DNA of 64,000 nt from a virus (IMGVR_UViG_3300021255_002784:88416-152415), one strand, 5' to 3'; positions 39,665 through 49,141 are shown, counted from the stretch's first letter. The notes: a model not told the origin generated them from the letters alone. Made by a program: numbers and translations.

Positions 39665-41242
39665 ATGAAAGAATATTTGAAAAAATTCGATTCTGCTACC
39701 GCCGCAGATAATTACCATATAGTAGATATTCCGTTTGCTACTTCGGTTGCTGAAAACCCTATTCAGAACTTGGTTTGTAACCAGACTGGTAAAAAACTTG
39801 TGAACGTATTCGGAATAGTGCAAATTCAATCAGCAGGTCCGGCACCCGATGAGATTTGGTACACAAGTTCAGACGGAAATATTGTGTCACCACAGTCAAC
39901 AAGCGCGCTTCCAACTATAGTTTCAAATACATATGTTGATGGTAAAGGTGCAATTAAATTTGCAACAGATGTCACAAGCATTGGAACTAATGCTTTCTCT
40001 GGTCGCAGTAGTTTGGCCTCTATAACGATTCCTGATAGTGCAACAAGCATTGAAGATTATGCCTTCAATAATTGCACTAGTTTGACATCAGCGACGATTC
40101 CAGATAGTGTAACCAGCATTGGAAATTGGTCTTTCCATGGTTGTAGCAGTTTAACCACTATGACAATTCCTGATAGTGTAACCAGCATTGGAAATGAGAC
40201 TTTCTCTGGTTGCACTAGTTTGACATCAGTAACGATTGGTAATAGAGTAACCAGTATTGGAGATAGTGCTTTCCAATATTGCACTAGTTTGACATCAGCG
40301 ACGATTCCAGATAGTGTAACCAGCATTGGAATACAAGCTTTCTCTGGTTGTAGTAGTTTAACCACTATGACAATTCCTGATAGTGTAACAAGCATTGGAA
40401 ATAGTGCTTTCTCTGGTTGTAGCAGTTTAACCACTATGACAATTCCTGATAGTGTAACAATCATCGGAGATGGCATTTTCGAAAATTGTACAGGTTTAAC
40501 ATCTGTAATGATTCCTAATAGCGTAACAAGCATTGGAATCTCTGCTTTTTATGGGTGCACCGGTTTGACCTCTGTACATATATCTGATATAGCAGCTTGG
40601 TGTGCTATCGGATTTATACATTCATCATCCAATCCATTAACATCAACCAATTCAACTAATCTATATTTGAATGAAACGTTAGTTACCGATTTGGTTATTC
40701 CTAATAGCGTCACCAGCATTGGAAATTATGCTTTCTATAATTACGCCAACTTGACATCGGTGACGATTGGTAACAGCGTAACAAGCATTGGAAATGAGAC
40801 TTTCTCTGGTTGTAGTAGCTTGACATCTATAACGATTCCTAATAACGTTATAAGTATTGGAACACAAACTTTTTATGGTTGCACCGGTTTGACATCAGTG
40901 ACTATTGGTAATAGCGTAACAAACATTGGAAGTAGTGCTTTCGGATCAATTTTAGCAAAAATAATATTTAGTAAATTATATTCAACATATACTAATAAAA
41001 TATTCGTGGCACCATCAACAAATGATGCATCATACACATATAATATTGAATTTAATATTTCCGAAATTCCAGCCGATTACAATATTTCAACAATGTTGCC
41101 ACAAGTAGCTAATGATGGAAAAGGTACAATAACATATAACATATATACAGATTATGCGCCTTGTAAAGATCAGGCACTTGCACTTGTTACCACAAAAACA
41201 ATAGTAAATGTTTATCACATTGATGGCACACCTTGGGAATGA
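39665..41242 (+). CDS. BspA-type leucine-rich repeat (LRR_5) protein
   Basis: More than 10 copies of CTSLTSVTIPDSVTSIGxxAF; N-terminus shared with 38875. Confidence 0.9.
   Translation: MKEYLKKFDSATAADNYHIVDIPFATSVAENPIQNLVCNQTGKKLVNVFGIVQIQSAGPAPDEIWYTSSDGNIVSPQSTSALPTIVSNTYVDGKGAIKFATDVTSIGTNAFSGRSSLASITIPDSATSIEDYAFNNCTSLTSATIPDSVTSIGNWSFHGCSSLTTMTIPDSVTSIGNETFSGCTSLTSVTIGNRVTSIGDSAFQYCTSLTSATIPDSVTSIGIQAFSGCSSLTTMTIPDSVTSIGNSAFSGCSSLTTMTIPDSVTIIGDGIFENCTGLTSVMIPNSVTSIGISAFYGCTGLTSVHISDIAAWCAIGFIHSSSNPLTSTNSTNLYLNETLVTDLVIPNSVTSIGNYAFYNYANLTSVTIGNSVTSIGNETFSGCSSLTSITIPNNVISIGTQTFYGCTGLTSVTIGNSVTNIGSSAFGSILAKIIFSKLYSTYTNKIFVAPSTNDASYTYNIEFNISEIPADYNISTMLPQVANDGKGTITYNIYTDYAPCKDQALALVTTKTIVNVYHIDGTPWE
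39973..40950 (+). repeat. 69-bp (23-aa) tandem LRR-coding repeats
   Basis: Near-identical DNA units, e.g. at 40073 and 40280 (207 bp apart). Confidence 0.85.
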
Positions 41243-41266
41243 TAAAAAATTAAATCGTAGAATAAT

Positions 41267-41827
41267 ATGAAAAAAGTAACACTGAAATACTTCAATAAAA
41301 ATTTGCGCAGCATATTTAATTTAGAAACTCCTAAAGCCTACTATTGTGTTCACGAACAAACAGAAGTAAATACCGGCATGCAAGATGATTGCGACATGCA
41401 ATATTGCGAAGAACACAGTATTCCAGTTTATTTAATGGAACGTTCTGGTGGAACTATTGTATGTTCTAAAGGCAATATCGGAATTTCTGTAATTACACCA
41501 GTCAAATGGGGTTGGCAAACAAGTGCGTTCATGACCTCTCTGGCTGAGTATTTACAAAATAAAGGTCTTGATGCAAGATATGCTGGTAATGATGTTCTTA
41601 TTGACGGATTCAAAGTAGCATCTAGTGCAGAGATTCGAGTTGGAGATAATTTGAAGAATGTTTATAGTACCTATCAAATATCCATCAATCAAGATATTGA
41701 GGCAATTGAACATATCTGCAAAAAAGAAATGATTAAAATTCCAAAAGCTCTTTCAGATTATGGAATAACAACAGAAGAAATTGTCAATTTCTGTAAAGAT
41801 TATTGGAATAAAATTATTGAAAACTGA
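41267..41827 (+). CDS. Lipoate-protein ligase (BPL/LplA/LipB) family catalytic domain
   Basis: YLMERSGGTIVCSKGNI (RxxGGGxV-like) and GNDVLIDGFKVASSA (NDxxxxGxKxxG-like). Confidence 0.7.
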   Translation: MKKVTLKYFNKNLRSIFNLETPKAYYCVHEQTEVNTGMQDDCDMQYCEEHSIPVYLMERSGGTIVCSKGNIGISVITPVKWGWQTSAFMTSLAEYLQNKGLDARYAGNDVLIDGFKVASSAEIRVGDNLKNVYSTYQISINQDIEAIEHICKKEMIKIPKALSDYGITTEEIVNFCKDYWNKIIEN

Positions 41828-41883
41828 TGCAAAAATATGAAGGAATATTTGAAAAAATTTGATTCTACAATAAAATTCAATTC

Positions 41884-41941
41884 TAACAAAAGATCTTTTT
41901 TGAACAATATAATTATTCATCACAAACGAGATCTCTCATTA
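41884..41941. repeat. Degenerate AGATCT-core inverted repeat
   Basis: TAACAAAAGATCTTTTTTG...CAAACGAGATCTCTCATTA at a convergent junction. Confidence 0.5.
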
Positions 41942-41959
41942 GAATTGAAATAAACAATA

Positions 41960-41991
41960 AAAAAACCTCTTCGTTAGCGAAGAGGTTTTTT
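41960..41991. terminator. Bidirectional intrinsic terminator
   Basis: AAAAAACCTCTTCG-TTAG-CGAAGAGGTTTTTT. Confidence 0.9.
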
Positions 41992-42319
41992 AATCTTCCT
42001 GATTAAGCAAATCGATAACATCTTCTACAGATACCTCGGGGTTAGGACCAACAGGGCCTTGTGGTCCTTGTTCTCCTCGTGGACCTTGTGGACCGGTCTC
42101 TCCCGGATCGCCTTTATCTCCTTTTGGACCTTGTATTGAAGATAGTTCAACAGTTTTATTTATGACCGGTGCCGGTACACCATCTACTTTGACAGCTTCG
42201 ATGATGTTTTTATCTCCCAAATTCTCGTGATTGTATTGAATATTGTCGATGAGTTGATTGACATGAACGTCTTCGAACAACTCACCGTTGGTCATGTGAT
42301 TCATTGGTACGTAAGCCAT
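41990..42319 (-). CDS. Collagen-like repeat protein
   Basis: [29 protein letters not shown]; C-terminus resembles that of 38001-38840. Confidence 0.75.
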   Translation of the reverse strand: MAYVPMNHMTNGELFEDVHVNQLIDNIQYNHENLGDKNIIEAVKVDGVPAPVINKTVELSSIQGPKGDKGDPGETGPQGPRGEQGPQGPVGPNPEVSVEDVIDLLNQED

Positions 42320-42333
42320 AATATCGATCTTTT

Positions 42334-43503
42334 TTATTGTTTAATCTCATCAAATGTATTATTCGCGAAAAATTTTTTAATCATAGGTATATCTTTTAGT
42401 TGTTTGAGACCAACATTCCATTTCAATATATCGTCTCTCATCTTATCATCCATATCATCAACTAAAAGGTAACCCGCAAAGTAATCCCCATCATCACCAA
42501 CACCGCCTAGTAATCTGGTATCTATATTTTCCCTTTTTGCCCGGGCTATGGCCTTAAATATAATTTTGCGCGAGGGTTTGTTCTTAAGATCTAAATTATC
42601 GATAAACTTAAACAAATCGTAAAAATCCAAACGATACTTTTGGTATGATATAACATATTTAAGAGATATGTTAAACATAACATTCGGTTTAGCAACATTT
42701 ACTAGGTTTATAGAGTTCCATACCGCCAAGCCTTCGTCTAGTAAATTACGACCACGCAATCCGTGGACAAATAGATATAGCCCTGTTTTATATCCCCACC
42801 ATCTACGGCCAACATGCCCTTTGATTTCATGGGCGATGAGTCCTTCAATATCCGCTTTACTGAATAATGCGGTTTTACATATACGAATTGTATTGTTTGG
42901 CAACACATTCATACGAGCCAACATATCAGGTTCTATAGCTACTTTCCAATTGTTATACTTAAGTTCTTTTAGTGCATTTTCTAACATCACTTTGGCTTCT
43001 TCTGCAGTAATGTTGCGATCAAGATTATCAGTCGATTCAAATTTGGAAGATTTAAGCACTTCTAAAGCCTTTATATACGTCTCGGAGCTGAGGTGGGATT
43101 GGTCCCAAGCTCTATCTATACCAGCTTTACGATCTATGTAGAACTGACACCATTCAATTGTTCTATTGATATTATCAATATAGTATTTTGATAAAGGACA
43201 TGAATCGAAATCTATAAATTTCCTCAAAAGCTTATTTGATTTCTCAATAATTCCGTCAGTGTCATATTTACATTCACCCAATTCCAAAACTGGATAATAT
43301 TTCTCACCTTTATCATAGGCACTGAAGAATTTGTCGGCTTCTTCATCTAGATTATGTACATCTTTCTCATTAAAATCGTCTCTACGTAACATAATTAGCT
43401 CGTTATACTCACGATCTAGAGCAATAAGCTTTTTGTGATCATTTAGGGACATCTTTTGAGAAAATGAAAAATCGTCATGTAAATATTGAGCAAGACTAAT
43501 CAT
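42334..43503 (-). CDS. DUF1704/QEGLA (MATCAP-like) zinc carboxypeptidase, paralog 2
   Basis: LIAHEIKGH (HExxxH)...LDEGLA...DYFAGY. Confidence 0.75.
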   Translation of the reverse strand: MISLAQYLHDDFSFSQKMSLNDHKKLIALDREYNELIMLRRDDFNEKDVHNLDEEADKFFSAYDKGEKYYPVLELGECKYDTDGIIEKSNKLLRKFIDFDSCPLSKYYIDNINRTIEWCQFYIDRKAGIDRAWDQSHLSSETYIKALEVLKSSKFESTDNLDRNITAEEAKVMLENALKELKYNNWKVAIEPDMLARMNVLPNNTIRICKTALFSKADIEGLIAHEIKGHVGRRWWGYKTGLYLFVHGLRGRNLLDEGLAVWNSINLVNVAKPNVMFNISLKYVISYQKYRLDFYDLFKFIDNLDLKNKPSRKIIFKAIARAKRENIDTRLLGGVGDDGDYFAGYLLVDDMDDKMRDDILKWNVGLKQLKDIPMIKKFFANNTFDEIKQ

Positions 43504-44704
43504 TCTGTTTTGATGGTTTTATTGGAGGAAACTTATTAACCTTTATAAATTTTTGAAGCGTATCAAGTTCATACAATTGATCCGGACCTATCGGGAGAAG
43601 AAGAAGTTGTTCCCTTTCTTCTTCTGTCATATTTTTAACCCTTATATAACCATCAAGATAATCTTCATCGGTCGAATAATTACCTAATGGGGTATATATA
43701 TAGATACGCGAAGCCCTAACTATAGCCAATGCTATGCGTTTGTCTTCTATATTAGTCAATTCCTTGATTTTTTTATACGCGTCGACTATATTAGTTTTAT
43801 GCATTTCGTATAGTAGGATTATCTTAATACATATGAAGAACAGTATGTTTGGCTTAGGTTTATCCACTTTATTTAATGAATTATATATAGCTAAACCTTC
43901 ATCATATACATTATTGCCTTTGAGACCATGTATAAACAAATATAATCCTGCTTGAAGTGCGTGGAATTTGCGTGCTACATGGACAGCAATCTCATGGACT
44001 TTGAGAGATTCGATATCTACTTTACTAAACTTATTATGTCCATTGATACGAAACTCTTGATAAGGACGTACACTCATTCGTGGCACCATATTGTTGTCTA
44101 TGACGACGTCCCACCCATATCCATGTTTATCTATTTCTTTTTGAAGAATTTTTTTCGACTCCTCCGGCGAAATAGTTTGTTCATAGTCTTTATCTTTTTT
44201 GGCTAATTCTTTAACATCGACAAATTTGTTCTCTTTAATTAGCTTCATGGCAATATCATATAATCTGCGCGATGGATGATTAGAAACCTCCCCTCTATAT
44301 GAAGGGTCCTTGGTGAATCTATTTAGGAACATTATTTGCTCAATAATCTTATTGATTCGATATATATAGAATTTTGTGACATAACAATTAAGTTCTATAA
44401 AATCTAGTTTAAGATTGTTAATCTTCTTAATAAAATCATCACACCACTTATCATCAGCTATATTGCTCTTCTCATATTTGATATCAACTTGATATTTTTT
44501 ATCATTAGTTCGTATAGCTTTCAGAACACCATCGATGGCCTCCTCCATATTCGTAACATTTGCAAAATGAATATGCTCTTTCTCAAACTCATCAGCTAAA
44601 TCATTGAACTCCTTATCTAGTTTAATAAGGAGCTCCCTATCTTTTTGAGTTAATTTTAGCTGATTATCAAATGATTCATATAGATATTGTGTTAATGATT
44701 TCAT
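43496..44704 (-). CDS. DUF1704/QEGLA (MATCAP-like) zinc carboxypeptidase, paralog 1
   Basis: LKVHEIAVH (HExxxH)...YDEGLA...DYLDGY. Confidence 0.75.
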   Translation of the reverse strand: MKSLTQYLYESFDNQLKLTQKDRELLIKLDKEFNDLADEFEKEHIHFANVTNMEEAIDGVLKAIRTNDKKYQVDIKYEKSNIADDKWCDDFIKKINNLKLDFIELNCYVTKFYIYRINKIIEQIMFLNRFTKDPSYRGEVSNHPSRRLYDIAMKLIKENKFVDVKELAKKDKDYEQTISPEESKKILQKEIDKHGYGWDVVIDNNMVPRMSVRPYQEFRINGHNKFSKVDIESLKVHEIAVHVARKFHALQAGLYLFIHGLKGNNVYDEGLAIYNSLNKVDKPKPNILFFICIKIILLYEMHKTNIVDAYKKIKELTNIEDKRIALAIVRASRIYIYTPLGNYSTDEDYLDGYIRVKNMTEEEREQLLLLPIGPDQLYELDTLQKFIKVNKFPPIKPSKQND

Positions 44705-44711
44705 AATAAAA

Positions 44712-46334
44712 TTAGATAATCTTTACTTTCTCCATTTCCGGAGTAAGAATATGTGATTGATCGGGATGAACAACATATCCCAGTTTTGACAAAGTATCTC
44801 GGTTAATCAAACAATTCGTAGTCTTATTACTACGCGATTTAACAATACTGATTGGGACTTTGGCAATCTTACGAAGACCAAGTGTTAACTCTGGAAGAAT
44901 AATAACTGGACGTTTGTACTGTTGTTCACCAGCATTAACAATAGATTCGGTATTCTTTTCGAAGCTGAGCTTTTTACCACCTAAGCTGAATGTGATCTTG
45001 CCGTCAGCTTCCGTGAAATCTCCAACCTCGAGACAACAAGCATTAGTAGAGTTGCCAGTATCCAGTTTGGCCAAGAATTCTTTTTGGAATCCGTCTCCGA
45101 AATCAATAGTAACGGATTCGATGTATCCAGCAATCTTATCCTGAAGCATGAATTGATTTGGATCGTCTAACTCATTAAGTAGCAAGTTGATAAAGTTCTC
45201 ATCCATAACATCAGATATACCAGCTGTGCCCGGAGAGGCGTTGATTTCGAGAACTACATTGTCACCTATTTTTGGATTACTGCCTTTGACCAATGGCATG
45301 ATATCCACGGCGCACCATGGAAGGTGAGATAGCTGTGCTGTCTTGAGTGCGATCTGTTCCTGTTCGGGTGTCAATTCTACCGGTTCAGCTTCAGCACCGA
45401 GTGATACATTTGAACGGAAATCTCCACCCAGTTTAACCCGTTTCATCTTGGCCAGAATGACCTGTTTGTCACGCAATGTAAGCACATGGACCCGGATATC
45501 CCCACCATCAGCTTCCTCCTTTTTCTGAATGATGAGCCGACGCTCGGGATCGATAGCGAATATCATTTGGAAGATGGCCAGGATCTTTTTACCGTCCACC
45601 ATTGCTACACCGGTACCCCCATGACCGTCTAATATCTTGATTACGAACATCAGTTTCTCGTTGTTGTCCGGGTTCTTTGGGTCCCATTCCGGATACACAG
45701 TCTTCATGGCCTTGTTGTACTGTTTCTCGTCGTAGAGGATGTCTTTGGTCATGAGGGTGAAGTTCGGTTGAGGAATGTCACCTTTTTGGAACAGTACAGC
45801 AGACTCGTATTTATCACAAGCCAAGGCACTGTACTTGACTGGGTTCAGTACTAAGAATCCGCGATCCTGAAGTAACTGAACTATGTGTTCACACTGATCC
45901 TCTCCTTGCACCCCAAGACGAGCAAAAATGAGTGTGTCCAAGTTAGACTCACCTTTAAGCACGAACTCCTCGTCTCCATCAGTAATCTTGATCTCTTCTT
46001 CTCGTTCATCAGCCTCCATTTCTGCTGCCACAAAAATATGCAGTTCCGGAATGATAGGGCACTTATCCTTTTTGAGGTTTTCAATAGCATCGTAAATGTT
46101 CTTCAGGGTTTTGTTACCCTTCGGATCACGGTCGTTAGTAAAGATGATGATGTGTTTGAAAATGTTGGTATATGTTTTGATCTTATCAGCATAATGAACG
46201 TCGAAGTGTTCGGCATTGGGATTAAGAGTCTTTTTGGATACATCTTTCTTATCATCTTTGGCTTCATTGATAGGACGTTTCAGAATCCCGTTTATGTACA
46301 GGTCATTGACCTCGTTAATGTTTCTGTAGTTCAT
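44712..46334 (-). CDS. rimK: RimK-like ATP-grasp ligase fused to RimB-like (DTG) retropepsin-type protease
   Basis: ACDK, VIKILDGHGGTGV, GGDIRV, DFRSNVSLG, AVD, VLEINASPG; C-terminal AKLDTGN...KRPVI...CLINRDTL. Confidence 0.85.
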   Translation of the reverse strand: MNYRNINEVNDLYINGILKRPINEAKDDKKDVSKKTLNPNAEHFDVHYADKIKTYTNIFKHIIIFTNDRDPKGNKTLKNIYDAIENLKKDKCPIIPELHIFVAAEMEADEREEEIKITDGDEEFVLKGESNLDTLIFARLGVQGEDQCEHIVQLLQDRGFLVLNPVKYSALACDKYESAVLFQKGDIPQPNFTLMTKDILYDEKQYNKAMKTVYPEWDPKNPDNNEKLMFVIKILDGHGGTGVAMVDGKKILAIFQMIFAIDPERRLIIQKKEEADGGDIRVHVLTLRDKQVILAKMKRVKLGGDFRSNVSLGAEAEPVELTPEQEQIALKTAQLSHLPWCAVDIMPLVKGSNPKIGDNVVLEINASPGTAGISDVMDENFINLLLNELDDPNQFMLQDKIAGYIESVTIDFGDGFQKEFLAKLDTGNSTNACCLEVGDFTEADGKITFSLGGKKLSFEKNTESIVNAGEQQYKRPVIILPELTLGLRKIAKVPISIVKSRSNKTTNCLINRDTLSKLGYVVHPDQSHILTPEMEKVKII

Positions 46335-46434
46335 ATGAATTCATTTATGTAATTATATAATAACAGTTGGTTCTGGGGTCTTATAAATTTTCGACACATA
46401 ACATATATATTAAATTGTATATAATTATAAACAC

Positions 46435-47523
46435 ATGAAAAACAAGTGCACATTACTGGTAGATGGTAACTGGTTGTTGATCAGTAGATTCTCTGTGATG
46501 ACAAAACTGTTTCGTAAAGATCGACCGGAGACCACTCTGGAGGCAGCAACAAATAATCTGCACGACATGATGGCTCGTTCTATTCACATGATTCTCAATA
46601 GATTCAAGGAGATAGACAACATCATATTTATCACAGATGGCGGATCCTGGCGTAAACAATTACAGGTGCCATCCCAATTGCAAAACATTACATACAAGGG
46701 CAATCGTGGAGAAGAGGTAGGAATAGCCTGGGAATACGTATTCAAGGCGCTGAATAAACTATCCAAACGTTGTAAAGAGGTAGGCATCACGACCTGCACT
46801 CAATCCAACATCGAAGGGGATGACTGGGCTTGGTACTGGTCACGTCGTCTGAATGCAGAAGGTACTAGTTGTATTATTTGGACATCAGACCACGATCTCA
46901 TGCAACTCGTACAAAACAAAGGAGGTGTATTCACTGCTTGGTATAATGACATAGCTGGTTTGACTCTACACGAAAGCCTGGAGATAAAAAATCCCGATCC
47001 GAACGATCTAGATTTCTTCATGCAACCCATCATTTACAAAAACCCTATTGTAGAAGGTCTAGAAAAGCGTTCCGGTAAGAAAGTCAACTATATAGATCCT
47101 AATGACATTATCAACGGTAAGGTGATTTGTGGCGACTCTGGGGATAATATTAAATCTGTGGTGCGAGTAGTCAAATCCGGACGCAACTACGGTGTAGGTC
47201 CGAAGGATTGGGAGAGAGTGGCGCGTACATTACATATACACACTGTTCAGGAATTGATATCACATAAACAGGATATTGCATACGAATTATTGAAATTGAA
47301 TAAATTTAGTGGCTACTGTATGATGCCTGAACAAGTCATGGAGATGATTGATTACAATATCAAACTGGTGTGGTTGAATGAAGAGGTCATCCCAGAAACG
47401 ATCCTATCCGTTATGAACACACACGAATACAATCTGGCAGATATTGACTATTTGAGGGGGTCGTACACAGTATTGTTGGATGATAAGGAGAAACATATTC
47501 AAGAAATTTTTGAGGGTATCTAA
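46435..47523 (+). CDS. rnh: 5'-3' exonuclease / RNase H (T4 rnh-like)
   Basis: LVDGN, FITDGGSWRK, YKGNR, EGDD, TSDHDLMQL, GDSGDNI. Confidence 0.9.
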   Translation: MKNKCTLLVDGNWLLISRFSVMTKLFRKDRPETTLEAATNNLHDMMARSIHMILNRFKEIDNIIFITDGGSWRKQLQVPSQLQNITYKGNRGEEVGIAWEYVFKALNKLSKRCKEVGITTCTQSNIEGDDWAWYWSRRLNAEGTSCIIWTSDHDLMQLVQNKGGVFTAWYNDIAGLTLHESLEIKNPDPNDLDFFMQPIIYKNPIVEGLEKRSGKKVNYIDPNDIINGKVICGDSGDNIKSVVRVVKSGRNYGVGPKDWERVARTLHIHTVQELISHKQDIAYELLKLNKFSGYCMMPEQVMEMIDYNIKLVWLNEEVIPETILSVMNTHEYNLADIDYLRGSYTVLLDDKEKHIQEIFEGI

Positions 47524-47609
47524 AAAATACTAATTTTCATATATATTATATATGAAAGAGGTATATATACTTTTTGTAACAAATAACAAAACAAATTACA
47601 TATCAAATT

Positions 47610-48812
47610 ATGTCAGATTTAATTGATTCGATTTTGGGCTTTGACCCCGAAAACATGACGGTGTTCCAAGAGAACAGCAGTTCCAAAGTAAATCCAAACA
47701 TCTACAAAACCAATCCAAAGGACAGTAAGTCCGAAGACGGAAATTACCGTTCAAAACTCCGAGTTATTTACAACCCCTATTCTATCAAGGATTCAATCGT
47801 TGATCAGACTACGTACGCAATGCGTGATGGTGCCGGGTTCTTCATGGCTAAGGCCCTTCCTTACGACCAAGGAGGTCGAGACAAATGTCCGTTGTTCAAG
47901 GCTTGGAAGACTGTATTCTTCGCAAACTCTGCGTTCGCCGGTAAGTTCGCTTCCAAGATGTTCCCTGGCGAGGGCAACGCAGCAAAACGTGAGGCGCTCC
48001 TTCAAGAGTTCAACGCGGTACAGGGTTACGGCAAAGAGGCAAACGACAAGCGCTTCAAAGGTACCGAGCTCGGTAAGATGATCCGCGAGTACGCTAGCGA
48101 GACCTTCGAACGTGCTGAGTCGACCTGGGTACTAGTACAGATCCTCGAAGACATCAACAAGCCGGAACTGGTTGGTCAGATCAAAGTGATGAAACTGCCT
48201 TCAGTAATCCTCACGAAACTTGAGGGTAAGATGCACCCAGCAAAAGAGTCCGGTAAGAAACCTGTTGACCTTATGAGCTGGGTATTAGGTTATCCGTTGG
48301 AGATGGATGTTCAACCCGGACCAGACGATCCAAAGAATCCTGAGCGCCGCCAACGCGAGATCTCGTATGACCTCTGTGACTTCAGTACTGATTTTGAGCC
48401 GATTCGTAAGATTGATGGTACTCCACTGTTTACAGACGAACAAGTTGCTATTTTGGATGAATATGCTACCGCCCGTACCGATGCCGAGAAGGCAAAAACG
48501 GAAGCAAAGAAAAAGGCAGCAGCAGAGAAAATCACCAAAGGTTCAGACCTTTACAACAAGGTACGTGAGTTGGTAGGTATCGCTTACGACTATCTCGTCA
48601 ACGAGGCCAAGGTTATCAACTTGGTGGATGAGTGCGCTTACAAGGAATGGGATTCGGAGACATCCGAGCGCATTCAGAAATGGATCGATGATGTGACTCT
48701 CACAAACTTCACTGCGGAAGCATCAGCGAATGATGCTCGTGTTACAGAGGAAGCACCGACAGAGCAAGTAGTAGATACTACAGAACAGCCTGGTAATGAT
48801 CTTCCTTTCTAA
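47610..48812 (+). CDS. Single-stranded DNA-binding protein, gp32-like
   Basis: NYRSKLRVI...CPL...VQILED..PELVGQIKVMK...YD..DFS; acidic tail ending DLPF. Confidence 0.7.
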   Translation: MSDLIDSILGFDPENMTVFQENSSSKVNPNIYKTNPKDSKSEDGNYRSKLRVIYNPYSIKDSIVDQTTYAMRDGAGFFMAKALPYDQGGRDKCPLFKAWKTVFFANSAFAGKFASKMFPGEGNAAKREALLQEFNAVQGYGKEANDKRFKGTELGKMIREYASETFERAESTWVLVQILEDINKPELVGQIKVMKLPSVILTKLEGKMHPAKESGKKPVDLMSWVLGYPLEMDVQPGPDDPKNPERRQREISYDLCDFSTDFEPIRKIDGTPLFTDEQVAILDEYATARTDAEKAKTEAKKKAAAEKITKGSDLYNKVRELVGIAYDYLVNEAKVINLVDECAYKEWDSETSERIQKWIDDVTLTNFTAEASANDARVTEEAPTEQVVDTTEQPGNDLPF

Positions 48813-48830
48813 TCGAAGAGCAGAGCACAA

Positions 48831-48866
48831 AAATAAAGGAGACTCGTGATGAGCCTCCTTTTATTT
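48831..48866. terminator. Bidirectional intrinsic terminator
   Basis: AAATAAAGGAGACTC-GTGAT-GAGCCTCCTTTTATTT. Confidence 0.75.
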
Positions 48867-49051
48867 TATTCTTCTTCTCCTGCTTTCTTAGATTTCTTCT
48901 TACGATGTGGATGTTCTTTTTTTGCTTTAGCGGTTAGGGGTTCGGTCCCTTTTCCATCCCCATCATCAGCAGTTGGATTACCCATACCGGTCGTATTACC
49001 AGGAGTGGCGCAGTTACCATTCTCTTCTATGTAGTCAAATAGGTTTTTCAT
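48866..49051 (-). CDS. Small conserved-type phage protein (ATPGNTTGMGNP motif)
   Basis: MKNLFDYIEE CTS-like start; basic tail. Confidence 0.55.
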   Translation of the reverse strand: MKNLFDYIEENGNCATPGNTTGMGNPTADDGDGKGTEPLTAKAKKEHPHRKKKSKKAGEEE

Positions 49052-49141
49052 ATATCTACATTTTCACTAAAATAATAACGATGTCGTAACATAAAGTTTA
49101 GGTGGGATACCTATATATTATTATGTACTGAAATCAATGAA

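Noticed and set aside
39973-40950. CRISPR array or DGR template/variable repeat
   Set aside because: The repeats are in-frame 69-bp LRR codons without unique spacers. Differences are not visibly adenine-specific, and no reverse transcriptase is in the window.
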